Positions 31,778 to 40,347 of a DNA stretch of 64,000 bases are shown one piece after another. The notes beneath the pieces are model-generated. The model did no database searches. It had not been told where the DNA came from and saw only the letters and a list, made by a program, of their open reading frames with translations. How positions within the stretch are numbered: position 1 is the stretch's first letter; each line of letters opens with the position of its first letter. The DNA comes from Bacilli bacterium (lineage in GTDB: Bacteria; Bacillota_I; Bacilli_A; RFN20; UBA1709). Both the position numbers and the translations under genes were made by a program. The stretch is taken from the NCBI GenBank assembly GCA_050949315.1, contig JBMNFL010000001.1, positions 928,001 through 992,000 on the forward strand, given 5' to 3'.

Positions 31778-31797
31778 TTACTCCGTTTTTTAAAAAA

Positions 31798-31873
31798 TGG
31801 CTGGGGCACCTGGATTCGAACCGGGGAAATGGTAGAGTCAGAGTCTACTGCCTTACCGCTTGGCTATGCCCCA
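31798..31873 (-). tRNA. tRNA-Gln(CTG)
   Basis: Cloverleaf, anticodon arm GTAGA-CT-CTG-AC-TCTAC, GTTCGAATC T-loop, encoded CCA. Confidence 0.95.
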
Positions 31874-31945
31874 AAACAACAACATTATGGTAGCATAAAT
31901 AAAAGTGTTTGGAAAGATAAAACAATCTCGCTATCGAAATAACGA

Positions 31946-32989
31946 TCTTAATTGTCAAGACATATGTTACACTTTGAGAAATATTCTGTTACAACTTGAT
32001 TAGGGCTTTTAAAGTTAAGACATGTTTTAGCTGTATTGTTATATCGCTGCTCGTGTTTAGCTACTTGTTGTCTAAGTTCTTTCTCGCTAATAAAGATTTT
32101 TCGCCCATACAGAATTTTTCCATCTTCTCTATGACTTCTTTCAACTTTTCCGTTCTGCCACGGTGAATAAGGTCTCGTCCTTTTTAATTTTATTCCTAAC
32201 TTATTGGCCATCAGTTCAAATATACTCGTTTTATTAGTACGATCATCATCATTTACAAATTCGGCTCCGTTGTCCACTTGTATCATATTAATTGGAAATC
32301 CCATGGCTTTTTCTAGGCTTTTAAGATATTTTGTCGTTTCGTACGTACTCTTCTCTTTGACTATACAGAGAATTCTTTTGCGACTAAACTCATCAATTCC
32401 AGTGATTTGATAATATCTGTCTCCATATGTTGGGAATTTTATGCATTCAAGGGGAACATACTTTATATCTATCTGCACCTTGTCTCCAGGATATTTTCCG
32501 TCCAATCTTTCGTATTTTGTATAACTCTTACGATGAATTTCCGGGGTTTTATAACCCTTTTTTCGTATTTGTCGACACATACTCCCAAAACTTCTTTTAT
32601 ACCCTTTTTGACAACATCGAACATATACTTCTGCCAATCCATAAACACCATTTCTTCTTAACATTCGCTTAATTAGCGACAGCTCATCATCTGTATGAGC
32701 ATTTGGACTAGTCAGGGGTCTTCTTGAGCGTAAGGCAAGACTTCTGATGTCCCCATCATATTTGTTTAATTGCCTATAAACAAACTGACGGTTGGTGTGA
32801 TAACGCCTTGCGGCTCTTGTTACACCATTTTTGAGCGCATATTCACACATTTTCTGGCGAAAGCGCATTTCTTCGGTTATACTAGTCATGAGAGAGCTCC
32901 TTTCGGTACCTTTTTTTGGATAAACTTATTGTACCAGAGTCTCTCTCTTTTTTTATTTATTTCTGTAACATATGTTTTATCACACTACA
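31946..32989 (-). mobile_element. IS481-family insertion sequence
   Basis: Imperfect 26-bp terminal inverted repeats sharing ACATATGTTACA (31946-31971 and 32964-32989; the latter begins TGT on the minus strand) around a DDE transposase. Confidence 0.8.
31948..32889 (-). CDS. IS481-family DDE transposase
   Basis: N-terminal HTH; QIDIKY, IDEFSR, QVDNGAEF and PWQNGKVERSHR motifs. Confidence 0.92.
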   Translation of the reverse strand: MTSITEEMRFRQKMCEYALKNGVTRAARRYHTNRQFVYRQLNKYDGDIRSLALRSRRPLTSPNAHTDDELSLIKRMLRRNGVYGLAEVYVRCCQKGYKRSFGSMCRQIRKKGYKTPEIHRKSYTKYERLDGKYPGDKVQIDIKYVPLECIKFPTYGDRYYQITGIDEFSRKRILCIVKEKSTYETTKYLKSLEKAMGFPINMIQVDNGAEFVNDDDRTNKTSIFELMANKLGIKLKRTRPYSPWQNGKVERSHREDGKILYGRKIFISEKELRQQVAKHEQRYNNTAKTCLNFKSPNQVVTEYFSKCNICLDN

Positions 32990-33254
32990 ATATTGATAAA
33001 AAACACAAAGCAGGTTTTTAGTCAAAAACCTATATAATATTTTTTTAAAGAAATAATGGTGCGGAGCTTTAATCTAAGATTGGTTTATTATTAATATAAG
33101 ATTTATTTGAAGTGGTTGAGAAAATCCACTCTTAAATAGTTATTTGAATTTTGATAATATAATGTTAAAATACTAGTAGTTAGTAAAAGAGTAATAAATT
33201 CGGTGCGCTTTACAACTATGCCGACAATTACATATATAGTACATTCAAAGAAAG

Positions 33255-36200
33255 GTGAAGTTTGTGGAATACGATATTTTGATATCCGTAATATTGTATA
33301 TTTGTGGCTGTTTTTACTTGTTTTTTGGCGTGTATGCGATAATTTCTAATGTAAAAAGTTGGACCAACAGATTATTTTTATTTTTAACGCTCTCTATGAT
33401 GGTTTGGTCAATTACCTATTCCATTGTGATTTCGGCTCCAACAGAAGAATTCGGAGGTCTTTGGCAGTCCCTATCTATTTTCGGTAGAGGCACATTTTAT
33501 TGTTTGTTACTCCACTTTGTATTATTGCTGACAAAAGTTTATGACCGTTTAAAAAACAAGAGGTTTATTGTCTTCCTAATCTATTTACCAGCGGCGATAA
33601 ATATAATTCTTTTTGCCCCTTACGGGCTTATGGCAAAGGAAATATATCACTTAGTACCGAGCAAATTCGGCTGGATAAATGTAACACCAACAAATTTTGG
33701 AAGCATTTGGCTTTTTTTATACGTCCTCATTTATTCAATCATTTCTATTATATTAATTGTTCATTGGTGGAAAAGACTTGAATCTGGTACTATTCTAAAA
33801 CGAAATGCAACGTATTTTCTAATATCAATACTATTTTCTTTTTTTGTTGGAATTTTAATAGATGCTTTACCTGATATTTTTGGAGAAGCCGTTTTTCCAA
33901 AAATTTCTATTTTATTTTTTGTTGGTCCTATAATGTTGTTATTTTTATCATTGAAAAATTTTGGAATACTTCTCGAAAAAAGCAGAGCGATAGTTCTATT
34001 ACCCAAATCCAATCACGATTTAAACCAAGATAGAACGCGCCTGTTCCATGTGACTGCAATATTGTTTATGGTGGGTGGAATAGCATCCTTTTTGCTAGGA
34101 TATTTTGGCATGGGAAGACCGTTAGAACGGGAGCTTTTAATCTCCGCGCTTATTTTTTCAACGGGTATATTTTTAATGTTCTTGCCTTCTATAACGAAAA
34201 AACATTCCATACAAAATGTTATTTTCTTTTTAATATGTTCGGCAGGTATGTTGTTTTTCATGTTAGTAACCAAGGATACAGCGGCATTAACGATATGGGC
34301 GGTATATATAATCTTTCTTTTAGTTACCGTTATCTTGGGAAGCAAACGCCACGCGCTTATCTTTGCTATATTTTGCATCGCGCTTCAGATTCTTTTTTGG
34401 ATATTTATACCAGAAGTCACTGTTGTTGTTAATGTAAACGAGTATGTAACTAGAATTTTTATTATTTTCCTTTCGTTTTTCGTTGTGAGATATTTGACAA
34501 ATGAATATGCTTCAAAGATGAGCGGATATCAAAAATTTGCCGAAGAACATGAAATACTCGAAAGAATCTCCACCAACTTCATTTCGATTAACAGTGAAAA
34601 TGCCCACGAGAAAATTGATGAAATGTTTAAAATGTCGGCGGAAGTGCTTGATTTTGATCAAGGATACTTGATTGAATTTAACGCTGATTATAAAAAAGCC
34701 AATGTTTTAAATGCGTACACAAAATACGGAGCTGTTAAAACGGAGAGTAAGGAAGTTGAAACCGCAGCTTTTCCTATGGCCAAAATGATAATTAATCAAA
34801 AACAGCCCATAGGATATACGGATACTACAAGTATCTCCTTTCAGGAAAACAAAGAGGAAAGAGACTTCTTTTTATCAAGAGGAATTTTGTCTTATTATGC
34901 CTTACCAATAGCAATTGAGGATGAAGTAATCGGAATGCTGGTTGTTGAAAATCGTAAAAAAGTTGATTCAAGAGTTTGGGAGAATCAAATAAATTTTTTA
35001 GGTATAATAGCCAATATGTTGGCGGATGCAAAGAAAAAGATCATGTATGAGCAACAACTATATGATAACGCTTATTATGATGAACTCACAAAACTGCCTA
35101 ATAGAAACATGTTGATAAAGAAACTAGAACAAAGCATAAACAACAAGAAAAAATCAGAAAAAGTAGCCGTTTTATATATTGAAATTGAAAATCTAAGAAT
35201 GATAAATGATACCTTTGGTCATATAGTAGGGGATAAGATGGTAACAAAATCGGCCTCAATTCTCAAAGATTTGTTGGATGAATGTTGTTATCTCTCAAGA
35301 ATAGAAAATGGGGCTTTTGTTATTGTTGTTTCTAATATGAAAAATGTTAAACAAATAGAAGATTTTATCGAGAAAATAACAAATGCCTTCTCTGTTCCTA
35401 TCATATCTACTGGAGGAAAAGGAACATTATTTATTGCGATTGTCATCGGTGTTTCCATTTATCCTGATAACGGGAATAATGTAGACACTTTATTGCAAAA
35501 TGCGGATTTAGCAGGATATGAAGCTAGATATGCGGACCACAAAGTCGTTTTCTGTTCAGACCAATTGACAAACCGTATTGCCGAAACCACTTTATTCACG
35601 AATAAGCTTTTTACAGCGCTACAGAATGAAGAGTTTTTCTTGGAGTTTCAACCTTTGATTAGTAGTAAAACGGATAAAACAGCCGGTGTTGAAGCCCTAC
35701 TTAGATGGAATTATGATGATAACAAAAGAATACCTCCAGATGTATTTGTTCCTATTCTTGAGAAAACAGGCCTAATTCATGATGTAGGACTTTGGGTGCT
35801 TGAACAAGCGCTTAAAGAACACAAAAGGCTTGTCTCTAAGGGCTTTCCTCCTCTTCGCTTTTCTGTAAACTTGTCAATTGTTCAATTTAGAGAGGAAAAT
35901 TTTGTTCTTGAAATTACAAAAATAATAGAGGAAAGCAAAGTAGACCCGAAGTATATTGAGTTAGAAATTACTGAAAGCTTTTTGTCCATTAATTTCGCGG
36001 ATACGATTGAGAAGTTATCTAAATTGAAAGAGTTTGGTGTAAGTATTGCCATCGATGATTTTGGCAAGGGATATTCATCATTACACCGTTTAGAACTAGT
36101 GCCTTTTGATAGAATAAAGATAGATAAAAGCATTGTAGACGATATCATTTCAGAAAAGAAAAAAGCCGTTGTTGTTAAAACAATAGTTTCCCTTGCTAGA

Positions 36201-36350
36201 GCTCTTATGGCCAATATCACCGCTGAAGGAGTGGAAACAAAAGAGCAGTTAGATTTCTTGAAAGATATGGATTGTGATGAGATACAAGGATATTATTATT
36301 ATAAACCTTTACCTATAGAGGCCTTAGAAAAATTCCTTAAAAATGAATGA
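33255..36350 (+). CDS. Multi-TM sensor (HisKA_7TM-like) + GAF + degenerate GGDEF + EAL protein, probable c-di-GMP phosphodiesterase
   Basis: About 12 TMs; GAF-like segment; DELTKLPNR and INDTFGHIVGD present but GGDEF replaced by ENGAF; intact EALLR, DDFGKGYSS, AEGVE and QGYYY. Confidence 0.88.
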   Translation: MKFVEYDILISVILYICGCFYLFFGVYAIISNVKSWTNRLFLFLTLSMMVWSITYSIVISAPTEEFGGLWQSLSIFGRGTFYCLLLHFVLLLTKVYDRLKNKRFIVFLIYLPAAINIILFAPYGLMAKEIYHLVPSKFGWINVTPTNFGSIWLFLYVLIYSIISIILIVHWWKRLESGTILKRNATYFLISILFSFFVGILIDALPDIFGEAVFPKISILFFVGPIMLLFLSLKNFGILLEKSRAIVLLPKSNHDLNQDRTRLFHVTAILFMVGGIASFLLGYFGMGRPLERELLISALIFSTGIFLMFLPSITKKHSIQNVIFFLICSAGMLFFMLVTKDTAALTIWAVYIIFLLVTVILGSKRHALIFAIFCIALQILFWIFIPEVTVVVNVNEYVTRIFIIFLSFFVVRYLTNEYASKMSGYQKFAEEHEILERISTNFISINSENAHEKIDEMFKMSAEVLDFDQGYLIEFNADYKKANVLNAYTKYGAVKTESKEVETAAFPMAKMIINQKQPIGYTDTTSISFQENKEERDFFLSRGILSYYALPIAIEDEVIGMLVVENRKKVDSRVWENQINFLGIIANMLADAKKKIMYEQQLYDNAYYDELTKLPNRNMLIKKLEQSINNKKKSEKVAVLYIEIENLRMINDTFGHIVGDKMVTKSASILKDLLDECCYLSRIENGAFVIVVSNMKNVKQIEDFIEKITNAFSVPIISTGGKGTLFIAIVIGVSIYPDNGNNVDTLLQNADLAGYEARYADHKVVFCSDQLTNRIAETTLFTNKLFTALQNEEFFLEFQPLISSKTDKTAGVEALLRWNYDDNKRIPPDVFVPILEKTGLIHDVGLWVLEQALKEHKRLVSKGFPPLRFSVNLSIVQFREENFVLEITKIIEESKVDPKYIELEITESFLSINFADTIEKLSKLKEFGVSIAIDDFGKGYSSLHRLELVPFDRIKIDKSIVDDIISEKKKAVVVKTIVSLARALMANITAEGVETKEQLDFLKDMDCDEIQGYYYYKPLPIEALEKFLKNE

Positions 36351-36366
36351 TGAATAGAACGTTAAA

Positions 36367-36444
36367 TTGTTCTAAAGTGTGTTTCATAACAAAAGCTCCC
36401 TTATCATAGTACCGTTTTGGATCCAAATTGAGGGAGCAGTTTCA
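36367..36444 (-). pseudogene. Probable truncated left end of an IS3/IS150-family element
   Basis: Minus strand starts TGAAACTGCTCCCTC..., then an AAGGGAG RBS and ATG AAA CAC ACT TTA GAA CAA (MKHTLEQ), like an OrfA start; similarity then ends. Confidence 0.5.
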
Positions 36445-36451
36445 TTTTAAG

Positions 36452-36525
36452 TGGAGCATGTGACGGGAATCGAACCCGCATAACCAGCTTGGGAAGCTGG
36501 GGTTCTACCACTGAACTACACATGC
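36452..36525 (-). tRNA. tRNA-Gly(CCC)
   Basis: Anticodon arm CCAGC-TT-CCC-AA-GCTGG; encoded CCA. Confidence 0.95.
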
Positions 36526-36595
36526 ATCGCATGATTAAATTAAACTATTCCATCTAAAATGTCAATTAAGGAAAGCAGGGAAACGTTTTTTATTG

Positions 36596-36625
36596 TTGAC
36601 TAAAAAGCGTGAAAAGTGGTATATT
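36596..36625 (+). promoter_or_regulatory. Promoter of the tRNA operon
   Basis: TTGACT-18 nt-TATATT with extended TG. Confidence 0.6.
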
Positions 36626-36658
36626 TTATTAGCGTTAGTGAATGATGTGATTCTCTAG

Positions 36659-36734
36659 GGATGCTTAGCTCAGTTGGGAGAGCACTGCCCTTACAAGGCA
36701 GGGGTCGGGGGTTCAAGCCCCTCAGTATCCACCA
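36659..36734 (+). tRNA. tRNA-Val(TAC)
   Basis: Anticodon arm CTGCC-CT-TAC-AA-GGCAG; CCA end. Confidence 0.96.
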
Positions 36735-36753
36735 TTCCTAATTAGATACCTGT

Positions 36754-36838
36754 GGGGGGATAGCGAAGTGGCCAAACGCAGATGACTGTAAATCATTTCC
36801 CATCGGGTTCGGCAGTTCAAATCTGTCTCCCCCCACCA
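36754..36838 (+). tRNA. tRNA-Tyr(GTA)
   Basis: Anticodon arm GATGA-CT-GTA-AA-TCATT; long variable arm; CCA end. Confidence 0.95.
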
Positions 36839-36861
36839 TGTTTATCAATTATTGAGTCTGT

Positions 36862-36937
36862 TGGGGTGTAGCCAAGGGGTAAGGCAACAGACTTTGACTC
36901 TGTCATTCCGCTGGTTCGAATCCAGCCACCCCAGCCA
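36862..36937 (+). tRNA. tRNA-Gln(TTG)
   Basis: Anticodon arm ACAGA-CT-TTG-AC-TCTGT; CCA end. Confidence 0.95.
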
Positions 36938-36939
36938 AA

Positions 36940-37015
36940 GACCCGCTAGCTCAGTCGGTAGAGCACTTGACTTTTAATCAAGGGGTCTGGGGTTCGAATC
37001 CCCAGCGGGTCACCA
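36940..37015 (+). tRNA. tRNA-Lys(TTT)
   Basis: Anticodon arm CTTGA-CT-TTT-AA-TCAAG; CCA end. Confidence 0.96.
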
Positions 37016-37022
37016 TGTTTTT

Positions 37023-37111
37023 GCCCAGGTGGCGGAATAGGTAGACGCACAGGACTTAAAATCCTGCGGCTAGCGATAGCCATACCGGTTCGATTCCGGT
37101 TCTGGGCACCA
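37023..37111 (+). tRNA. tRNA-Leu(TAA)
   Basis: Anticodon arm CAGGA-CT-TAA-AA-TCCTG; long variable arm; CCA end. Confidence 0.95.
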
Positions 37112-37116
37112 AAAAG

Positions 37117-37156
37117 AAAAAGAGGCATTCTGATTGCAGAATGTCTTTTGTTTTTC
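37117..37156. terminator. Bidirectional terminator between the tRNA operon and the HPr-like gene
   Basis: AAAAGAGGCATTCTG/CAGAATGTCTTTTG hairpin flanked by A and T runs. Confidence 0.7.
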
Positions 37157-37183
37157 GAAGCAAAGAAAAAGTCTAGAATCGCT

Positions 37184-37447
37184 CTAGACTAATTTCATAT
37201 CTTTCAGTACATTTTTAAGACCAATCAAGGCCGCATGTTCGTCTTTTCCATCAACCACTAAACTGAAGGTTTCTTGATTACGAATTACTAAAGCCATGAC
37301 ATTCATAATTGACTTTAAGTCCACCTCTTCGCTTGAGTATTCAAGGCGAATGTTAGACTCGTATTTATTGGCTTCGTTTACCAAAGAAGCGCTGGCGCGC
37401 GATGATAAGCCGTTGATTGATTTGAGTGTGAATTCTTCTCTTTGCAT
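37184..37447 (-). CDS. HPr/Crh-family protein lacking His15
   Basis: From ATG 37447: NGLSSRAS at positions 12-19 and KSIMNV with Ser46; TTGCTT-16-TATAAT promoter at 37504-37477. Confidence 0.88.
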   Translation of the reverse strand: MQREEFTLKSINGLSSRASASLVNEANKYESNIRLEYSSEEVDLKSIMNVMALVIRNQETFSLVVDGKDEHAALIGLKNVLKDMKLV

Positions 37448-37535
37448 CGCTTCTTCATCCCTACTTTCCATCTCTAATTATAAAAGATTGGGGTGGGAAA
37501 GCAAGATAAAAGAACAAGAAAGCGTTTTCAAGTTG

Positions 37536-38915
37536 CTAAAGCAATTTTTTGAGAAGTTTTAATTTCTTTTCCGTATATTTGGGATAGCGCAATTTGATAT
37601 CCATATTGTGTTTATAGACTATTCCTTTATAGTGAGTGAAGGCATCAAAGGTGCGTTTGCCATGATAACAACCCATCCCCGAAAGACCAACCCCACCAAA
37701 GGGAAGATGTTCAGTAGCGACATGCATTAAGGTATCATTGACACAACCGCCACCAAAAGAGAGTTCTTTTAAAATATAATCGGCTTTATTCTTGTCTTGG
37801 GTAAAGATGTAACAAGCTAAGGGTTTAGCACCGCCATTGACCTTGCGAGCTAAAGCTAAACCTTCTTCAAAGTTTTTGATCCTTATAACAGGCATTACTG
37901 GTCCGAAGATTTCATCAGACATGATTTTATCATCTAGATTAACATTGTCTTCAATTGTGGGGTAGAGAAGGCGTTTATCTTCTTCTCTTTCACCACCAAA
38001 GACTACCTTTTCTTCATCGATTAAAGAGGTGACTTTTGCATAATGTCCCTTATTGATTAGATAGGGGAAATCAGGAGAAATTCTACCATCCTCCAAAAAA
38101 TAAAACTCTTTGATTTGCTTCTTACAAGCTTCAATAAACTGATCGTGTATTTCTTCTTCAACCATAACATAATCTGGGGCGACACAGGTTTGTCCAGCAT
38201 TGGTGTATTTACCCCAAATTAAACGGCGGACAGTTGTTGTGAGATTACAATCTTTACTGATAAAGACTGGCGATTTTCCACCTAGTTCTAGAATACAGGG
38301 GCAGAGATGTTCGGCGGCCTTTTTGAGGACGATTTTGCCAACGGTGACCCCACCAGTAAAGAAGATAAAGTCAAATTGAAGGTTTAAAAGTTCAGTGTTT
38401 TCTTCATGACCACCCAAGACCACACTGACATAAGCAGGATCAAAAACCTCATCACAAACCTTTTTTATGACATCGGTTGTATGGGGCGAACGGTTAGAGG
38501 GTTTAATCAAAACACAGTTACCGGCCGCTAGAGCCCCAGCCACAGGAGACAGAGTAAGCATGTAAGGATAATTCCAAGGCGCCATAACTAGCACCACCCC
38601 ATAGGGTTCAGGAATCTCTTTGCCATGGCTAGGGAAACTTGATAGACCCAGGAACTTTCTTTTCGGGCGCATCCATTTGCGCAGATTTTTAATTTTGTTT
38701 CTAATCTCTGCGTAAACTAAAGAGATTTCGGTGGCATAACTTTCAAAACGTGGCTTATTAAAATCGGCCTTCATCGCCTCCATAAATTCTTCTTCATGGG
38801 CTTTTAAAGCGGCTAGCCACTTGCGCAGATAATGTAGACGAAAATCGACATCTTTGGTCTTCCCAGTGTTAAAGTATTCTCGCATGTTTTCAACGGTTTT
38901 AGGAATATTTTGCAT
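37536..38915 (-). CDS. Aldehyde dehydrogenase, class 3/fatty-aldehyde (YwdH-like)
   Basis: PWNYP, FFTGG, ELGGKSP, NAGQTCVAPDY and EIFGP motifs; start at ATG 38915 after AGGAGG. Confidence 0.92.
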   Translation of the reverse strand: MQNIPKTVENMREYFNTGKTKDVDFRLHYLRKWLAALKAHEEEFMEAMKADFNKPRFESYATEISLVYAEIRNKIKNLRKWMRPKRKFLGLSSFPSHGKEIPEPYGVVLVMAPWNYPYMLTLSPVAGALAAGNCVLIKPSNRSPHTTDVIKKVCDEVFDPAYVSVVLGGHEENTELLNLQFDFIFFTGGVTVGKIVLKKAAEHLCPCILELGGKSPVFISKDCNLTTTVRRLIWGKYTNAGQTCVAPDYVMVEEEIHDQFIEACKKQIKEFYFLEDGRISPDFPYLINKGHYAKVTSLIDEEKVVFGGEREEDKRLLYPTIEDNVNLDDKIMSDEIFGPVMPVIRIKNFEEGLALARKVNGGAKPLACYIFTQDKNKADYILKELSFGGGCVNDTLMHVATEHLPFGGVGLSGMGCYHGKRTFDAFTHYKGIVYKHNMDIKLRYPKYTEKKLKLLKKLL

Positions 38916-39072
38916 TATTGTTTTCCTCCTAAAGAAACTTCTACTAAATATCATAAACAAACAGGAATAAATTCTCAAGAAAAAGAACTCGGAGTTTGAT
39001 AGATGTAGGGTAACTTTTTGTGATTTTTTTCTCTATTTGTCGTTTTTAAATGAAAAAACGTGCTTTTTTTGC

Positions 39073-39240
39073 TTGCGTGCGCGAGAACGTTGTGATAGAA
39101 TACCCATGCGAGTGCGTAGAAACTTGAGGTTGCTAGGTGCCGACACCTCAAAACGCTGATAGGTGTTGTCATGACGGCATTACTAGGGAATTCAAGTGGA
39201 GCACGGTCTATGCCAAGATTTTAGACAAGGAGGATTATTC
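39073..39240 (+). promoter_or_regulatory. S10 operon promoter and structured 5' leader
   Basis: TTGCGT-17-TAGAAT, then a ~135-nt leader containing TTGAGGT...ACCTCAA pairing, as in Firmicutes rpsJ leaders. Confidence 0.6.
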
Positions 39241-39552
39241 ATGGCAAAAGCAAAAAAGATTCGGATTAAACTCAAGGCTTATGATCACAAGATGATTGAT
39301 GCGTCAGCTGAGAAGATCGTGTTAGCCGCCAAAAAAACTGGTGCCCGTATCGTTGGCCCCGTTCCTCTTCCCACCGAGAAGCAGGTTTATACCTTATTAA
39401 GGGCAGTTCATAAGTATAAAGATGCCCGGGAACAATTTGAGATTAGAACTCACAAACGTTTAATTGATATCGTTGATCCCACCCCCGCGACGGTCGATAC
39501 CCTAACTAGGCTTGACCTACCCAGTGGTGTGGACATTGAGATCAAGTTATAG
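39241..39552 (+). CDS. rpsJ: 30S ribosomal protein S10
   Basis: [17 protein letters not shown] and [10 protein letters not shown] motifs. Confidence 0.98.
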   Translation: MAKAKKIRIKLKAYDHKMIDASAEKIVLAAKKTGARIVGPVPLPTEKQVYTLLRAVHKYKDAREQFEIRTHKRLIDIVDPTPATVDTLTRLDLPSGVDIEIKL

Positions 39553-39564
39553 GAGTAATTGGTT

Positions 39565-40323
39565 ATGAAATCAATACTTGGACGCAAGGTTGGTATGACC
39601 CAAGTGTTCACAACTGCCGGGGAGGTTATTCCCGTTACCGTTGTGGAGGTCTTGCCAAATGTGGTCTTACAAGTGAAGACCAAAGAAAAAGATGGTTATG
39701 AAGCCATCAAAGTCGGCTATGAGAATAAAAGAGCCGCGCTAGTCAATAAGCCAGATGCTGGTCAATTCTTAAAAGCTCAAAGCCCAACCAAACAATTTGT
39801 TAGGGAATTAAAGGGCGATGAAATGATGAAGTATGAAGTCGGCAGTGAAGTCAAAGTAGATTTATTTAAAGCCGGTGAAGTAGTTGATGTCATTGGAAAG
39901 ACCAAAGGTAAAGGTTTTACTGGTGTTGTTAAGGCTTATGGTTTCCGTAAGGGGCCCAGTGCTCATGGTTCCGGCTATCATCGTGGTGTAGGTTCTTTAG
40001 CGACCAGTGGTCGTTGGAACAACAGAATTCACCCAGGGCGTAAAATGCCAGGACATTTTGGTTTCACCACCAAGACTGTTCAAAATTTAGTTGTCATTTC
40101 AGTTGATGTTGAAAACAACGCCATGTTAATCAAAGGACCAATTCCTGGAGCCAATCGCTCCTTAGTCCTGATTCAAAGTGCGGTTAAAGCACAAAAGAAA
40201 CCCCAACCGGAGCGCATTCTAGTTAAGTATGAAAAAGAACCCGCGCCGGTTTTAGAAGAAGTAAGTCCTGCTGTTGAGGAAGTTAATGTCCCAGAAGAAG
40301 TAGTGACTGTCGAAGGCAAATAG
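39565..40323 (+). CDS. rplC: 50S ribosomal protein L3 with acidic C-terminal extension
   Basis: ILGRKVGMTQVF and KGKGFTG motifs. Confidence 0.97.
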   Translation: MKSILGRKVGMTQVFTTAGEVIPVTVVEVLPNVVLQVKTKEKDGYEAIKVGYENKRAALVNKPDAGQFLKAQSPTKQFVRELKGDEMMKYEVGSEVKVDLFKAGEVVDVIGKTKGKGFTGVVKAYGFRKGPSAHGSGYHRGVGSLATSGRWNNRIHPGRKMPGHFGFTTKTVQNLVVISVDVENNAMLIKGPIPGANRSLVLIQSAVKAQKKPQPERILVKYEKEPAPVLEEVSPAVEEVNVPEEVVTVEGK

Positions 40324-40347
40324 TAGCAAGAAAGGAGAAATCAAATT

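Noticed and set aside
32990-33254. c-di-GMP riboswitch upstream of the EAL gene
   Set aside because: Only short hairpins (e.g. AGGTTTTT/AAAAACCT); the GEMM GGCAAA/GAAA/GCAAAG pattern is not evident
31874-36451. Integrase-type island with att sites at tRNA-Gly or tRNA-Gln
   Set aside because: No integrase gene and no duplicated tRNA 3' end found at the opposite boundary
36946-37128. Minus-strand 60-aa ORF
   Set aside because: Antisense to tRNA-Lys and tRNA-Leu
38975-39240. ORF 38975-39172 and the upstream extension of rpsJ from 39196
   Set aside because: These overlap the S10 promoter and leader; rpsJ has a good RBS before ATG 39241
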